Positions 35,475-48,936 of a stretch of 64,000 bases of DNA are shown here, one piece after another. The translations under genes and the position numbers were made by a program. The stretch spans positions 300,020 through 364,019 of the forward strand of contig NIVC01000719.1 of the NCBI GenBank assembly GCA_002269645.1. Reading direction: 5' to 3'. This DNA is from Macrostomum lignano. Its lineage: Eukaryota. Under the pieces are notes generated by a model, which did no database searches, was not told the origin of the DNA, and worked only from the letters and a program-made list of their open reading frames with translations. Each line of letters starts with the position of its first letter. Within the stretch, counting starts at the first letter, position 1.

Positions 35475-36061
35475 CTCACTGACACCTATTCCAATGCCTC
35501 ACCGACACCTATTTCAATGCCTCACTGACGCCTATTTCAATGCCTCACTGACACCTATTTCAATGCCTCACTGACGCCTATTTCAATGCCTCACTGACGC
35601 CTATTTCAATGCCTCACTGACACCTATTTCAATGCCTCACTGACGCCTATTTCAATGCCTCACTGACACCTATTTCAATGCCTCACTGACACCTATTCCA
35701 ATGCCTCACTGACGCCTATTTCAATGCCTCACTGACGCCTATTTCAATGCCTCACTGACACCTATTCCAATGCCTCACTGACACCTATTCCAATGCCTCA
35801 CTGACACCTATTCCAATGCCTCACTGACACCTATTCCAATGCCTCACTGACACCTATTCCAATGCCTCACTGACACCTATTCCAATGCCTCACTGACACC
35901 TATTCCAATACCTCACTGACACCTATTCCAATGCCTCACTGACACCAATTCCAATGCCTCACTGACACCTATTCCAATGCCTCACTGACACCTATTCCAA
36001 TACCTCACTGACACCTATTCCAATGCCTCACTGACACCTATTCCAATGCATTACTGACACC
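35475..36061. repeat. Satellite A block 6
   Basis: 23-bp units with their own variants (gacgcc, atttcaat). Confidence 0.95.
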
Positions 36062-36136
36062 CACTAGATGTCTTGTCGAACCAATATTCAGATAATTTTC
36101 GCGGCTATATTGAAGAATCGAAAAAAAATTGCAGAG

Positions 36137-36209
36137 CGACCACGCCAGGACTCGAACCTGGAATCTTCTGATCCGTAGTCAGACGCGTTATCCATTGCGC
36201 CACGCGGCC
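36137..36209 (-). tRNA. tRNA-Arg-ACG: tRNA-Arg(ACG) copy 11
   Basis: Canonical; diverged 3' flank. Confidence 0.97.
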
Positions 36210-36447
36210 CTCGGCAGCAGGACTGCCTCAGTCTGTCAAATAAAATTGAAAATACTGAATCTGATTTCCAGATTTATTTGACCTGCTGTCGTCAGCCAGA
36301 GCCGTCACAAAGTGGTTATGTGCGGTAGGTTTTCTATATTCAGATATCTTGTATACCTGCTGAACCTGTCGCATAGTCGCTTGCCTTAACAACCTTTTCC
36401 ATTCTCTCCATTGTAATACTAAATAGCTGACTGTGAGCATGATATGG

Positions 36448-36838
36448 GCCAGTCACACCTGATAATGATCAAGCCAGGGACACCTAATAATGATCAGGCC
36501 AGTCACACCTGATAATGCTCAAGCCAGTCACACCTGATAATGCTCAAGCCAGTCACACCTGATAATGATCAAGCCAGTCACACCCGATAATGATCAAGCC
36601 AGTCACACCCGATAATGATCAAGCCAGTCACACCTGATAATGATTAAGCCAGTCACACCTGATAATGATCAAGCCAGTCACACCTGATAATGATCAAGCC
36701 AGGGACACCTGATAATGATCAAGCCAGGGACACCTGATAATGATCAAGCCAGGGACACCTGATAATGATCAAGCCAGTCACACCTGATAATGATCAAGCC
36801 GGTCACACCTGATAATGATCAAGCCAGTCACACCTGAT
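36448..36838. repeat. Satellite B block 5 (MITE-free)
   Basis: 25-bp units ending in a single gtcacacc at 36827-36834 followed by tgatattgattgagac. Confidence 0.95.
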
Positions 36839-37097
36839 ATTGATTGAGACAGTCAACAAGTAAGCCATTTTAACAATTGAAAATTAATTGTATGAAATAT
36901 TTTAGTAGTACATGCAATTTTTTCAATATATTCTTTGAGTTCAACGTGAATTAAAAATCTTTTTTCTATCATTAGTTAATCGTACCTTAAAGCCTACAAT
37001 AAATAAATATATAATACACAGATACAACCAGTTTTTGCAGCTTATATCAAAGCTTGTCAAAAGATGTTCACTCTTGATTACTCATTAAAGTAGTATC

Positions 37098-38110
37098 CTA
37101 GTTGCAGTTGTCAGCTGAGCACACTGAGCAGTCTCCATAGTTAGGCAAGGCGGTGAGGCTTAAGCAGCCGTCCTTGTCCAGGTAGCAGGCCCTGTAGTAC
37201 TGAAAATGTTTTTGGCCAATCAATTTTCTATTTAATTTTATAATATAAACTTCAGTTTCACTACTGCCACAAGTAGTAAGAGGTCGCGACATGTGTTTAA
37301 ACGGATTTAGACAAAACTGCAATTCGACACTGGTAGAATTCACGTCATACCGATTTCCTGCCGCCGATGGCAACTGAGAACCTGATGCAGTAGTCATAAC
37401 CTGCCACACAGTTTACACTGGCTGCTCTGCCGTCTGGCGATGGAGCGTTGGATGCTGAGTGACATCGAAGTCCAGCTGCGGGGTCTGGGCGAATCGGGGT
37501 ATGTTGTGAGCTGTGACTGGGTGCTGAAACTACCGTTCTGACTGTGACTGAGTGCTGTGGCTGTGACTGTGGCTGTGACAGTGACAGTGACTGTGAATGT
37601 GACTGTGACACCGTGACTGTGACTGTGACACCGTGACTGTGACTGTGACACCGTGACTGTGACTGTGACACCGTGACTGTGACTGTGACACCGTGACTGT
37701 GACTGTGACACCGTGACTGTGACAATGCGCCTGTAAATGTTACTGTGACAGTGACAGTGACTGCGATTGTGACTATGATACTGACTGTGACTGTGACACT
37801 GTGACTGTGACACCGTGACTGTGACACCGTGACTGTGACACCGTGACTGTGACTGTGACACCGTGACTGTGACAATGCGCCTGTAATTGTTAATGTGACA
37901 GTGACAGTGACTGCAATTGTGACTATGATACTGACTGTGACTGTGACAGCAGTCTCCCATGATGCAAACAATGTAAGTGACTCTTTTCATTTCACACTAA
38001 CCTACAAGTATCTCTCAGAACTCAAATCATAACGCCAGATTACAAAACTCACCGATTGCATTGAAAGCTAGCATTAGCAGAATAGCAGAGCAGGCAGTTT
38101 GTCTCAGCAT
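37098..38110 (-). CDS. Secreted three-finger-like protein, copy 5 (diverged)
   Basis: Exons 38110-38053, 37475-37351, 37199-37098; two amino-acid differences from copies 1-4 (NAPSP, GCLSL). Confidence 0.88.
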
Positions 38111-38350
38111 TCTGTGGCTCTTCTGTCTAAACTTTTCTGTCCGCGGAGAATAGCGAATAAAGAATGCCAGTTTCGCTGTCAGAACCTTAAATAGCTGGGG
38201 CGCTCAGCTTGAACCAACCAGTACGCCAGTACTGCATTGTGCGTGCGTACGGCATATAGACAGAACTTCCACATCTGATGTACAACTGCAGTCAGAGGTG
38301 CAATATTGAACTCTGAGATTACTATTTACAAAAATATTAATAGCTCAGAG

Positions 38351-38423
38351 CGACCACGCCAGGACTCGAACCTGGAATCTTCTGATCCGTAGTCAGACGC
38401 GTTATCCATTGCGCCACGCGGCC
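38351..38423 (-). tRNA. tRNA-Arg-ACG: tRNA-Arg(ACG) copy 12
   Basis: Canonical A46 although positionally equivalent to the A46C copies. Confidence 0.97.
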
Positions 38424-38604
38424 CTCGAAATTTGGTAGTCCTTGAGCATTCCTTAACGATTTATGTGTTTGATCAGACACCAATCCTTTAGTGGATAAGA
38501 TTTCAGTAGTATTGATGGAGCATGTTAAATCATTTTGAGGAAAAACTGAATTCCGGCGAAATTCGAAAGAGGAAATTCGAGGTCATACAAATCTGAATGC
38601 CACT

Positions 38605-39401
38605 TATTCCAATGCCTCACTGACATTCCAATACCTCACTGACACCTATTCCAATGCCTCACCGACACCTATTCCAATGCCTCACTGACACCTATTCCAA
38701 TGCCTCACTGACACCTATTCCATTGCCTCACTGACACCTATTCCAATGCCTCACTGACACCTATTCCAATGCCTCACTGACACCTATTCCAATGCCTCAC
38801 TGACACCTATTCCAATGCCTCACTGACACCAATTCCAATGCCTCACTGACACCTATTCCAATGCCTCACTGACACCTATTCCAATGCCTCACTGACATCC
38901 CAATACCTCACTGACACCTATTCCAATGCCTTGTCGACACTTATTCCAATGCCTCACTGACACCTATTCCATTGCCTCACTGACACCTATTCCAATGCCT
39001 CGCTGACACCTATTCCAATGCAGCACTGACACCGATTCCAATGCCTCACTGACACCTATTCCAATGCCTCACTGACACCAATTCCAATGCCTCACTGACA
39101 CCTATTCCAATGCCTCACTGACACCAATTCCAATGCCTCACTGACACCTATTCCAATGCCTCACTGACACCTATTCCAATGCCTCACTGACACCTATTCC
39201 AATGCCTCACTGACACCTATTCCAATGCCTCACTGACACCTATTCCAATGCCTCACTGACACCCTTTCCAATTCCTCACTGACACCTATTCCAATGCCTC
39301 ACTGACACCCTTTCCAATTCCTCACTGACACCTATTCTAATGTCTCACTGAAACCTATTCCAATGCCTCACTGACACCTATTCCAATGCAGCACTGACAC
39401 C
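38605..39401. repeat. Satellite A block 7
   Basis: 23-bp units. Confidence 0.95.
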
Positions 39402-39487
39402 CACAGGATTTCTTGACAAATGACTATTCTGATATTTTTGTGGCCATATAAAAATACAAGTAAAATCGAAAAAAATATATCTCAGAG

Positions 39488-39560
39488 CGACCACGCCAGG
39501 ACTCGAACCTGGAATCTTCTGATCCGTAGTCAGACGCGTTATCCATTGCGCCACGCGGCC
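39488..39560 (-). tRNA. tRNA-Arg-ACG: tRNA-Arg(ACG) copy 13
   Basis: Canonical sequence with terminator. Confidence 0.97.
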
Positions 39561-39943
39561 CTCGGCATTTGGCAGTCCTTGAGCACGGATTTCTAATTTT
39601 CTTTTCAAAATCACAGCTGCTGCCAATCATGTTTGAACACGAGGCCTGCATGTGAATTTGCGAGGCTTGGCTGGGAATGTTGAAATCGGAAACGATTTCA
39701 AGAGGCTCTTAGAGAACACTCGTTTTTAAAGGCAACAACAGCATTTCACTTTTGTCTAATGTCTCTAATGTCCACCGATAACTACTTTAATTTCCACCGA
39801 CACCTACTTTATTGTCCTCTGACACCAACTATAATGTCCACTTTAGTGTCACATCTTTTACACTTGACGAGACATTAATGGTAGTTCTATTTTGTCTTAA
39901 AATGTAAAAAACATTTAAAAAATGTAAGGAAAAAAATTTTAAA

Positions 39944-40016
39944 CGACCACGCCAGGACTCGAACCTGGAATCTTCTGATCCGTAGTCAGACGCGTTATCC
40001 ATTGCGCCACGCGGCC
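39944..40016 (-). tRNA. tRNA-Arg-ACG: tRNA-Arg(ACG) copy 14
   Basis: Canonical; unique flanks; T7 terminator. Confidence 0.97.
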
Positions 40017-40799
40017 CTCGGAACTACACGAATTTTTACCTGGTACATAAATATCAAGAAACCCATTGTTTAACCTGCTGTCTGCTTTCTGTTAGGGAGG
40101 CAAATATTTATTGTTTTACTACTGCTAAGTCAGTAGCGTGTGGAAGTTCGTGGTTTCTATTTTGAAACGCATAATAAAACGCATCTCAAGCATAATAATG
40201 TCATTGGAAAGGGTCGATGTGTAATATTTTAATTAAGGGGTTATTTATATAGTATTTATAATGTTTCAACTCGCTGTTCAAACGGCAAACGCTAACATAA
40301 AATACGCAGCACTTATTAACTTTTAAAGCCATAAAACTGTACGAGCGTAAGGTTTATAATTATGTGATAAGGTAAGAAAAAAGTTAATGGAACAACAGAC
40401 CAGGTGAGATACGAACCCAGGTTGGATGAGAAATCAAATAAGATAATTAATTAGGTAAGATACATTGTAAGAACCCAGGTAAGATGGGAATTCAGATAAG
40501 ATAAGATAAGATAAGATAAGATAAGATAAGATAATCAGATAAGACAAACTAATCAGGTAAGTTAGGAACCCAGGTAAAAAGAGAAATAAGATAAATAATT
40601 AGGCGAGATAAGAAATCACGTAGCATAATTAGCAGGATGAGATAAGAAGCAATATACGATGGGCAATCAACCATAAAGCACTCTATTTAAAAGTTCCCCT
40701 CCGCAAATAACCAGCGCCAGCGACTAAAAATGTTTGTTAATTCCTCACAATTTCAAAGAGTCACGCCCAAGTTCTACTACCAATTATAGACGTCCTTGT

Positions 40800-42055
<1,256 letters not shown>

Positions 42056-42527
42056 TGTCCAATTATCTCTATTTAAGAGTGGAATTGAATCTGCAAGACA
42101 GCGACCGCTAGTTCAAGGCCTCAAGTACGGGGCTTACGATGTAAACTATTTTCGACCTGCTCATCGCTTTTTATAGCTCATTTTTTGTGTGCTCATGAAC
42201 CTCGTCTACTGCAACAATTGTTTTTCAAAGTATGCTACTCAAGCGTACTTGGAGATTTTTAGAAACGGCGCACTATAAATTTAGAATTACAATATGTAGT
42301 TCTGAAAGAAACAGAAGTTCCACTTTGTTGCTTTAAGTTATGCTTACACAGGGCCGCTGTGTGTGTCTGATGTGTAAACTACTACCTGCTACTTCGTAAA
42401 GTAATAATTAAAAAAATATTCACTACGATCAGTCTAAACTAGATGGGAACCATCTGTTGCTGGACTATCTAAAACACTTCTGACATTAAGTCTGACACAA
42501 TTTAACATTTGAGCTGGGATAATCTAC

Positions 42528-42800
42528 CACCCGTCTGACATGATCTAACCCCCGTCTGACATGATCTAACCCCCATCTGACATGATCTAGCCCCCATCTG
42601 ACATGATCTAGCCCCCATCTGACATGATCTAACCCCGTCTGACATGATCTAACCCCCGTCTGACATGATCTAACCCCCGTCTGACATGATCTTACCCCCC
42701 GTCTGACATGATCTAGCCCCCATCTGACATGATCTAACCCCCATCTAACATGATCCAACCCCCATCTGACATGATCTAACCCCATCTGACATGATCTAAA
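42528..42800. repeat. 21-bp minisatellite
   Basis: ccccc(a/g)tctgacatgatcta(a/g) units. Confidence 0.93.
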
Positions 42801-43462
42801 ACCCACTGAATTGATTTACCACCCGTCTGACATGATTTTACGCACATCGGACACACGTCTGACCCCTAAATGTATTTATTTGACACCGGTCACAAACAAG
42901 TACACAGATAACAGAAAGCAACTCTTTTTAACACCCACTCCATCTGACATCCCAATTGACACATCTGTCACGCATGACACAGTATGGAAGCTTCTATCTA
43001 CCTTAGATTTTTTAAACTTTAAAATAAAATCTGGCTTTAGAATTTCCGATAGTCTACTTTAAGTAGCATGATTTACGTTTTAGAATAAAAAATACAGTTG
43101 AACAAACTGGATTCAGCTGGATTTTACTCAAGCTACCAGTGGAGTAAAGATTGTATTTATAAACTAAGTTGGGAGTAGGGAAGCTTTTGCTGCCTGCGCT
43201 AACCCAAGCCAGTGCGACTAAAGTTTTTTTGCTCACAACGGCAGATGTTTGAGCTATAAAATTCAAGTTACCAAGTCGGCAAAGCCCGCAACAGCTTGCT
43301 TTTAGGGGCAACATTTCCCAAAACTAAAAAGCGCTCTGTCTTTAGTACAAAAGCAGAATGGAACAGAAACTTTTGTTACTCAAGGTGACAAATTTAGTAT
43401 TGTGCAAATTTCGAAACTTCAAACTAGTTTCAATATCTGCCAGTTTCTGCCAAAACTAAGCT

Positions 43463-43747
43463 ATGACGACCAGACTCTGCAACACGCTGCTTCTTGTAGC
43501 AGTGATAGCGTTGGCAATGTGTGCATTGCAGGCCGAGTCAGCGGCGGTCCTGAGAACCATGAATTGCTACGGCGCCGACAGGGCCAACTGCATTCGCTTC
43601 GCCATCGACCACATGAAAGACCCATTCGGCATGTGCAAGACCTGCAAGCCGGAGTTTGACAGGCAGTCCAACCTGATCCATGGCCTACAGTTGTACGTCA
43701 ACTGCTGCACTCGAATGATCAGCCTGATCTCGTCCGCTGTGTTTTAA
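43463..43747 (+). CDS. Small secreted Cys-rich protein of unknown family (94 aa, single exon)
   Basis: Hydrophobic signal NTLLLVAVIALAMCALQAES followed by six Cys (C-x7-C-x14-CxxC-x19-CC); GC-rich ORF in AT-rich surroundings. Confidence 0.72.
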   Translation: MTTRLCNTLLLVAVIALAMCALQAESAAVLRTMNCYGADRANCIRFAIDHMKDPFGMCKTCKPEFDRQSNLIHGLQLYVNCCTRMISLISSAVF

Positions 43748-44679
43748 TAATGCTGGCAACAGGGTGTAAAACTGAAGAATTCAACTTTAATTGACGAAGT
43801 CTTGCCTCTTAATTACATTTTTAATCAACCGCATTCATTCATTCATTCAATTTGTTTCAGAGCTTGCCATGCAGAACAGTGAGAATTAAATATGATCCAA
43901 GAGTACTGAGCTAACACCGATAGCTAAAATAGCTGAGCTAAGGCTGAAGCCAAAGTCCCAAATTTTGTCTATGGTCGAAAAGTAGATGTAAAGTAAAGTA
44001 ATCTACAGTATGATTGCTTGGTACTTTTTGGTTCTGATTTAGCTAGCTGAGAAATATTCATAAATTTTTTCAGTGATTCATTTCGTATATTTGATATCTT
44101 TTCTTGCACCATGCTATTGCACTAAATTAATGGTATTTTAACCACAGACATAGTAAGTGTTGGAAAGTTAAAACTTCTATGGCTGAAATGCGATAAATAA
44201 GTTAATCAATGTCCAATAAAATTTTATCTTTTAAAACAAATAATGTAGTCTTAATACTTTGGTTTAAAGAAGCAATATAATTTTATAATGCTTTTTAGCA
44301 CTTTTGCACGGGGTAACTGTGAATAATTTGATACTTTTAAAAACAATTTTTAACAATCTGGTTTCAGCTGCACACAGTTAATTGTTTTAATGTACTTCTA
44401 ATATTTTATCAAGTGGAAATTGTGAAATTGTTAAATATATATAAAAGGATTGAAAACTCAATTGGTTTATTTTAATCAGTCGTAGAAATCTATTTAGTTT
44501 ATTACAGAAATTTATATTTTGCAAACTGTAGCGCCATCGACAAAGGAGTTGATTTTTTGTTTTATTAAAATCCCGACGTAATAAAATTCAGCTGAAAGCG
44601 AGCTGTAAGCTAGGGCATATTTTTAACAAGTGGGGCTTGTCATCGACTCTTTATGAAAGTTTAAAGTTAACCAGACAGT

Positions 44680-45402
44680 TCAGACCACCCGAATAACCAT
44701 GCGGCCGCACGACTGAACCCTCGATGAGCCGTCTTTCAGACTGAACTGGATCATGTAGGTCGTCTGTGGGAAAATGCAAAACAGTGAAATTGTAACTTTT
44801 ATTAAGTAAAAAGTATTTAAATGAGATAAAAGGACAGCAGCTAGGACTCACGGGTGGGAAGAACTGCTCAATCAGCAGCGGCATTCGGTAATTGTACACT
44901 TGGTTGCGCACGATCGGGCACTCACTGCCGTCAACCAAGTTGTTGCAGGCGTTGCTCTCGAAGCTGTTACTGGCCAGCGGCATGGGGCTGCTCATGCCGC
45001 GAGACTTGCCAAAAACAGCGGCAGTCAGGGTGGAGCTGTCGCTAGCTGCAAAACAATGTTTTGATTATCAATTGATTATAGACTAACAGAAGCGCCATAA
45101 AAAGCTACTCATAGTAGGCTAGTGAGCGAGAACTCACTGGCTCGGAATCGCATGGACAAAGAGCGAGTCTCGCCGCGTCGCACCGTGCAGAGCCGCTGTC
45201 CTGCGCAGCCTTCGACATCGAAGTCCAGCGTCTTGGAGCCTGTAAAATCGAATTATAGCAAACTTCAATCAGCAAATTGTTAAAGAATTATTAACAGCTA
45301 CATGTAGCTGTACCCACCGCCTGGGCAAGGCCTCCAGAAGGTGCCGGACACGCAGGTGAAGCTGGCCAGGGCCAGGCAAGCGATGAGAACACACTTCATC
45401 AT
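44680..45402 (-). CDS. npc2: NPC2-like ML-domain lipid-binding protein; 4 exons
   Basis: Exons 45402-45318, 45239-45138, 45045-44852, 44763-44680, phases consistent. Signal peptide, FWRPC, DVEGC..C.VRRGE, TLTAAVFG, NAC..SECPI..NQVYNY.MPL.I..FFP, IQFSL..QSCG match the NPC2 pattern. Confidence 0.9.
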
Positions 45403-46449
45403 GGTTGCTTTCTTAGCTGTACTTGTTGCTATACTCGAGCGTAGTGTTACAGAACTTCGTCTGGCAGTCCAGAATTGTGGGCTCGGGGCCCTGGTCGGGT
45501 TTTTATGGACCATCACCTCTGAGTTCTTATCGCACCTGCGACCGGGGGCCAACCCCAGCCGACTCGGTTCAAGGTCAAGTGCAGATAAATCTAGTTAAAT
45601 GCAGATCAAAAGCTAAAAATCTGAGTGCAAGGGGTGAACTTGAAACTTGGGGGGAGGGGGTAGAGGCTAGCTCTGCCACCAGTGCTTTTCCGTTGGAAAT
45701 GCGCCAAAAACCAGCTTTCACAACAGGAGTCACATGCAAGTTCGAGTTCGTTGCTTATTTCAGCACCCAAGTTTGCTGGTTCTGTCGAACTCTCTCAGGC
45801 TGCAGAGGTGCGGGTTGGGTTTAATCTGGTCGTTATCTGATTGAATTGAACTTTGCTTTGAACTGGCTGGCTTCTGGGGCAGCTTCAACTTGCTTTTTAA
45901 CTTGATAGTGTCAATAAGTCAACAGGAAATCCAATGTTAATTTGCAAACTCTTTTTCGCTAGGACGTGACGCATGAAAGCATCATGTCGCTCTGCTATTT
46001 GGTGGGGCCTAGATCAGAATTTTGAACTCCCACTAACTGGAACCTGTCAATTATATTGTAGTTTCAGCGAGCTTAACAGATTTTCCATTGAAATTCGATG
46101 AAAAATACTCTTTAAATCAAAAGAAATCCAACGAACTCTCAAGTACGCGGGAACTCAGACATTATTTGTGCTCCTATGTGAATTTCTTTTATCTCATTTA
46201 AGTCGTCCTCTGTGCTCGCTTAAAGTAAATGACAAACAATATATCTGCGTGCATGCTACTTAGCGCACACAGAGGAAATCTTTTAAATTAATCTAGGCAT
46301 TATGCTACACACTTTTAGTCTATGGCCAAAAGCATCACTCGAAGAACTGATAGACACTATATGCTAGGCCTAGTTAGTCTATGGCCAAAAGAAGCCTTAA
46401 TAGAAGAACTGAGAGACACTACGGTACATGCTAAACTTATATATCTGGC

Positions 46450-47085
46450 TAAACTCTATGGCCAGAAGCCTCACTTGACTAACTGCTAGAAACTTTGTGC
46501 TAGATCTAGTTAGTCTATGGCCAGAAGCCTCACTTAAAGAACTGCTAGAAACCTTGTGCTAGATCTAGTTAGTCTATGGCCAGAAGCCTCACTTGAAGAA
46601 CTGCTAGAAATTTTGTGCTAGATCTAGTTAGTCTATGGCCAGAAGCCTCACTTGACTAACTGCTAGAAACTTTGTGATAGATCTAGTTAGTCTATGGCCA
46701 GAAGCCTCACTTGAAGAACTGCTAGAAATTTTGTGCTAGATCTAGTTAGTCTATGGCCAGAAGCCTCACTTAAAGAACTGCTAGAAACTTTGTGCTAGAT
46801 CTAGTTAGTCTATGGCCAGAAGCCTCACTTGAAGAACTGATAGACACTTTTTGCTAGATCTAGTTAGTCTATGGCCAGAAGCCTCACTTGAAGAACTGAT
46901 AGACACTTTGTGCTAGATCTAGTTAGTCTATGGCCAGAAGCCTCACTTGAAGAACTGATAGACACTTTGTGCTAGATCTAGTTAGTCTATGGCCAGAAGC
47001 CTCACTTGAAGAACTGATAGACACTTTTTGCTAGATCTAGTTAGTCTATGGCCAGAAGCCTCACTTGAAGAACTGCTAGACACTT
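46450..47085. repeat. 59-bp tandem repeat, about 10 copies
   Basis: gctagatctagttagtctatggccagaagcctcacttgaagaactg(c/a)taga(a/c)actttgt units. Confidence 0.95.
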
Positions 47086-47681
47086 ATATGTCAAAATAGA
47101 TCTATCCTAGCAGCATGAAATGTGAATATATTCATCAGCTGTGTAACGTATTTTCAGAAGTTATATTTACAAGTTAGTTGACTCTACGACCTTCAATTTA
47201 CGTCATCGTGTGAACCAAGAAATTTTTGTATAGTTTTCAAAAAAGTTTCTTCTAGCATTCTTTAAATTCTGTTTAATCTAGATAAATTAACTGCACCTCA
47301 CGAGGCAAACGCGTGCTGCACCACAAGATATAATACCCTATACAAGTGTACAGCCCCCGTTCTGCCAAAGAGCATTGGAATAACACACTTCGAACTTGAT
47401 ATTTAAGTCAACATTTCAATGCTTTAATAATCATTTGTTTTAACGTGTAGCAAAAAAAATCAGGATTAAAACTGTACATCCGGCTGCCAGTGCGTTGTTG
47501 ATGAACGGTAGAGATTTCTTAGAAACTTCCTAGAAATAGCAGAATATTTGTAACTAGCTCGTGTAATATATAAAAATTTTATAACATTCAGGTGGGTTGC
47601 GGAAGCGAGACGGAACTTTTTTGATTAGTTTTAGCAGCAAAGTTATTTTTGCAGAATCTTCAATTCACTTCAGTGCTGGCG

Positions 47682-48139
47682 TCCCTGGTGCTAAAGTCCC
47701 TGGTGCTAAAGTCCCTGGTGCTAAAGTCCCTGGTGCTAAATTCTCTGGTGCTAAACTCCCTGGTGCTAAAGTCCCTGGTGCTAAAGCCCATGGTGCTAAA
47801 GCCCATGGTGCTAAAGTCCCTGGTGCTAAAGCCCATGGTGCTAAAGTCCCTGGTGCTAAAGTCCATGGTGCTAAAGTCCCTGGTGCTAAAGTCCCTGGTG
47901 CTAAAGTCCCTGGTGCTAAAGTCCCTGGTGCTAAAGTCCCTGGTGCTAAAGTCCCTGGTGCTAAAGTCCCTGGTGCTGAAGTCCATGGTGCTGAAGTCCA
48001 TGGTGCTAAAGTCCATGGTGCTAAAGCCCCTGGTGCTAAAGTCCCTGGTGCTAAAGTCCCTGGTGCTAAAGCACATGGTGCAAAAGTCCCTGGTGCTAAA
48101 GTCCCTGGTGCTAAAGTCCCTGGTGCTAAAGTCCCTGGT
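47682..48139. repeat. 15-bp minisatellite (same family as 14239-14517)
   Basis: ccctggtgctaaagt units. Confidence 0.95.
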
Positions 48140-48599
48140 GTTTTTTATTTAGCAAATCGAGTGTAGCGCTTTGCTACTTCAGCTGTCCATGGTGCAGACC
48201 ACGTGAAACTCTACAGCACGACTGCAGTTCCTATCCAATTCTTTTTATATTAAACGACAACTTGCCTGCGGTAAAATCCCCGATTGACAGAATGCATTCT
48301 GGGAAACATACACGAATCCTGAGCTCGCTGATGCATCCGGCTGTTCCTTGAAAGCATGTGATATTTCTTTTCGGACACGACAGAAGCAGAAACTACGAGT
48401 AGAGCAAAATAATAAGATGAGCATTTGCTCGGACTCGGTCAGATTCACTAAAAATAAGACTTGCTGTAAAAGTCAATGCTTTTTTTACAATATCGTTCAT
48501 AATTTGAAACTTCACAAGCCCGTCACTTCACATCATCAAAATCGTTCAAATTTTGAACTAGCAAAAGTGACTAGCAAGAATTTTCGATGATGTTAAGCG

Positions 48600-48936
48600 T
48601 AACCCTAATTTCTAACCCTAATCCTAATCCTAATCCCAACTCTAATCCTAATCCTAATCCCAAACCTAATCCTAATCCCAACCCTAATCCTAATCCCAAC
48701 CCTAATCCTAATACCAACCCTAATCCTAATCCCAACCCTAATCCTAATCCCAACCCTAATCCTAATCCCAACCCTAATCCTAATCCCAACCCTAATCCTA
48801 ATACCAACCCTAATCCTAATCCCAACCCTAATCCTTATCCCAACTCTAATCCTAATCCTAATCCCAACCGTAATCCTAGTCTCAATCCTAATCCTTATCC
48901 GAATCCTAATCATAATCCCAATCCTAATCCTAATCC
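48600..48936. repeat. Telomere-like degenerate repeat (18-bp unit)
   Basis: aaccctaatcctaatccc units containing CCCTAA. Confidence 0.92.

Noticed and set aside
42900-43300. RT-like words (HDTVWKLL, KSGFR, EQTGFS)
   Set aside because: The motifs occur in the wrong order and in different frames; cannot support a LINE call.
45214-45229. 16-nt identity (gacatcgaagtccagc) between NPC2 exon 2 and three-finger exon 2
   Set aside because: Different reading frames, no flanking similarity and unrelated folds; treated as chance.
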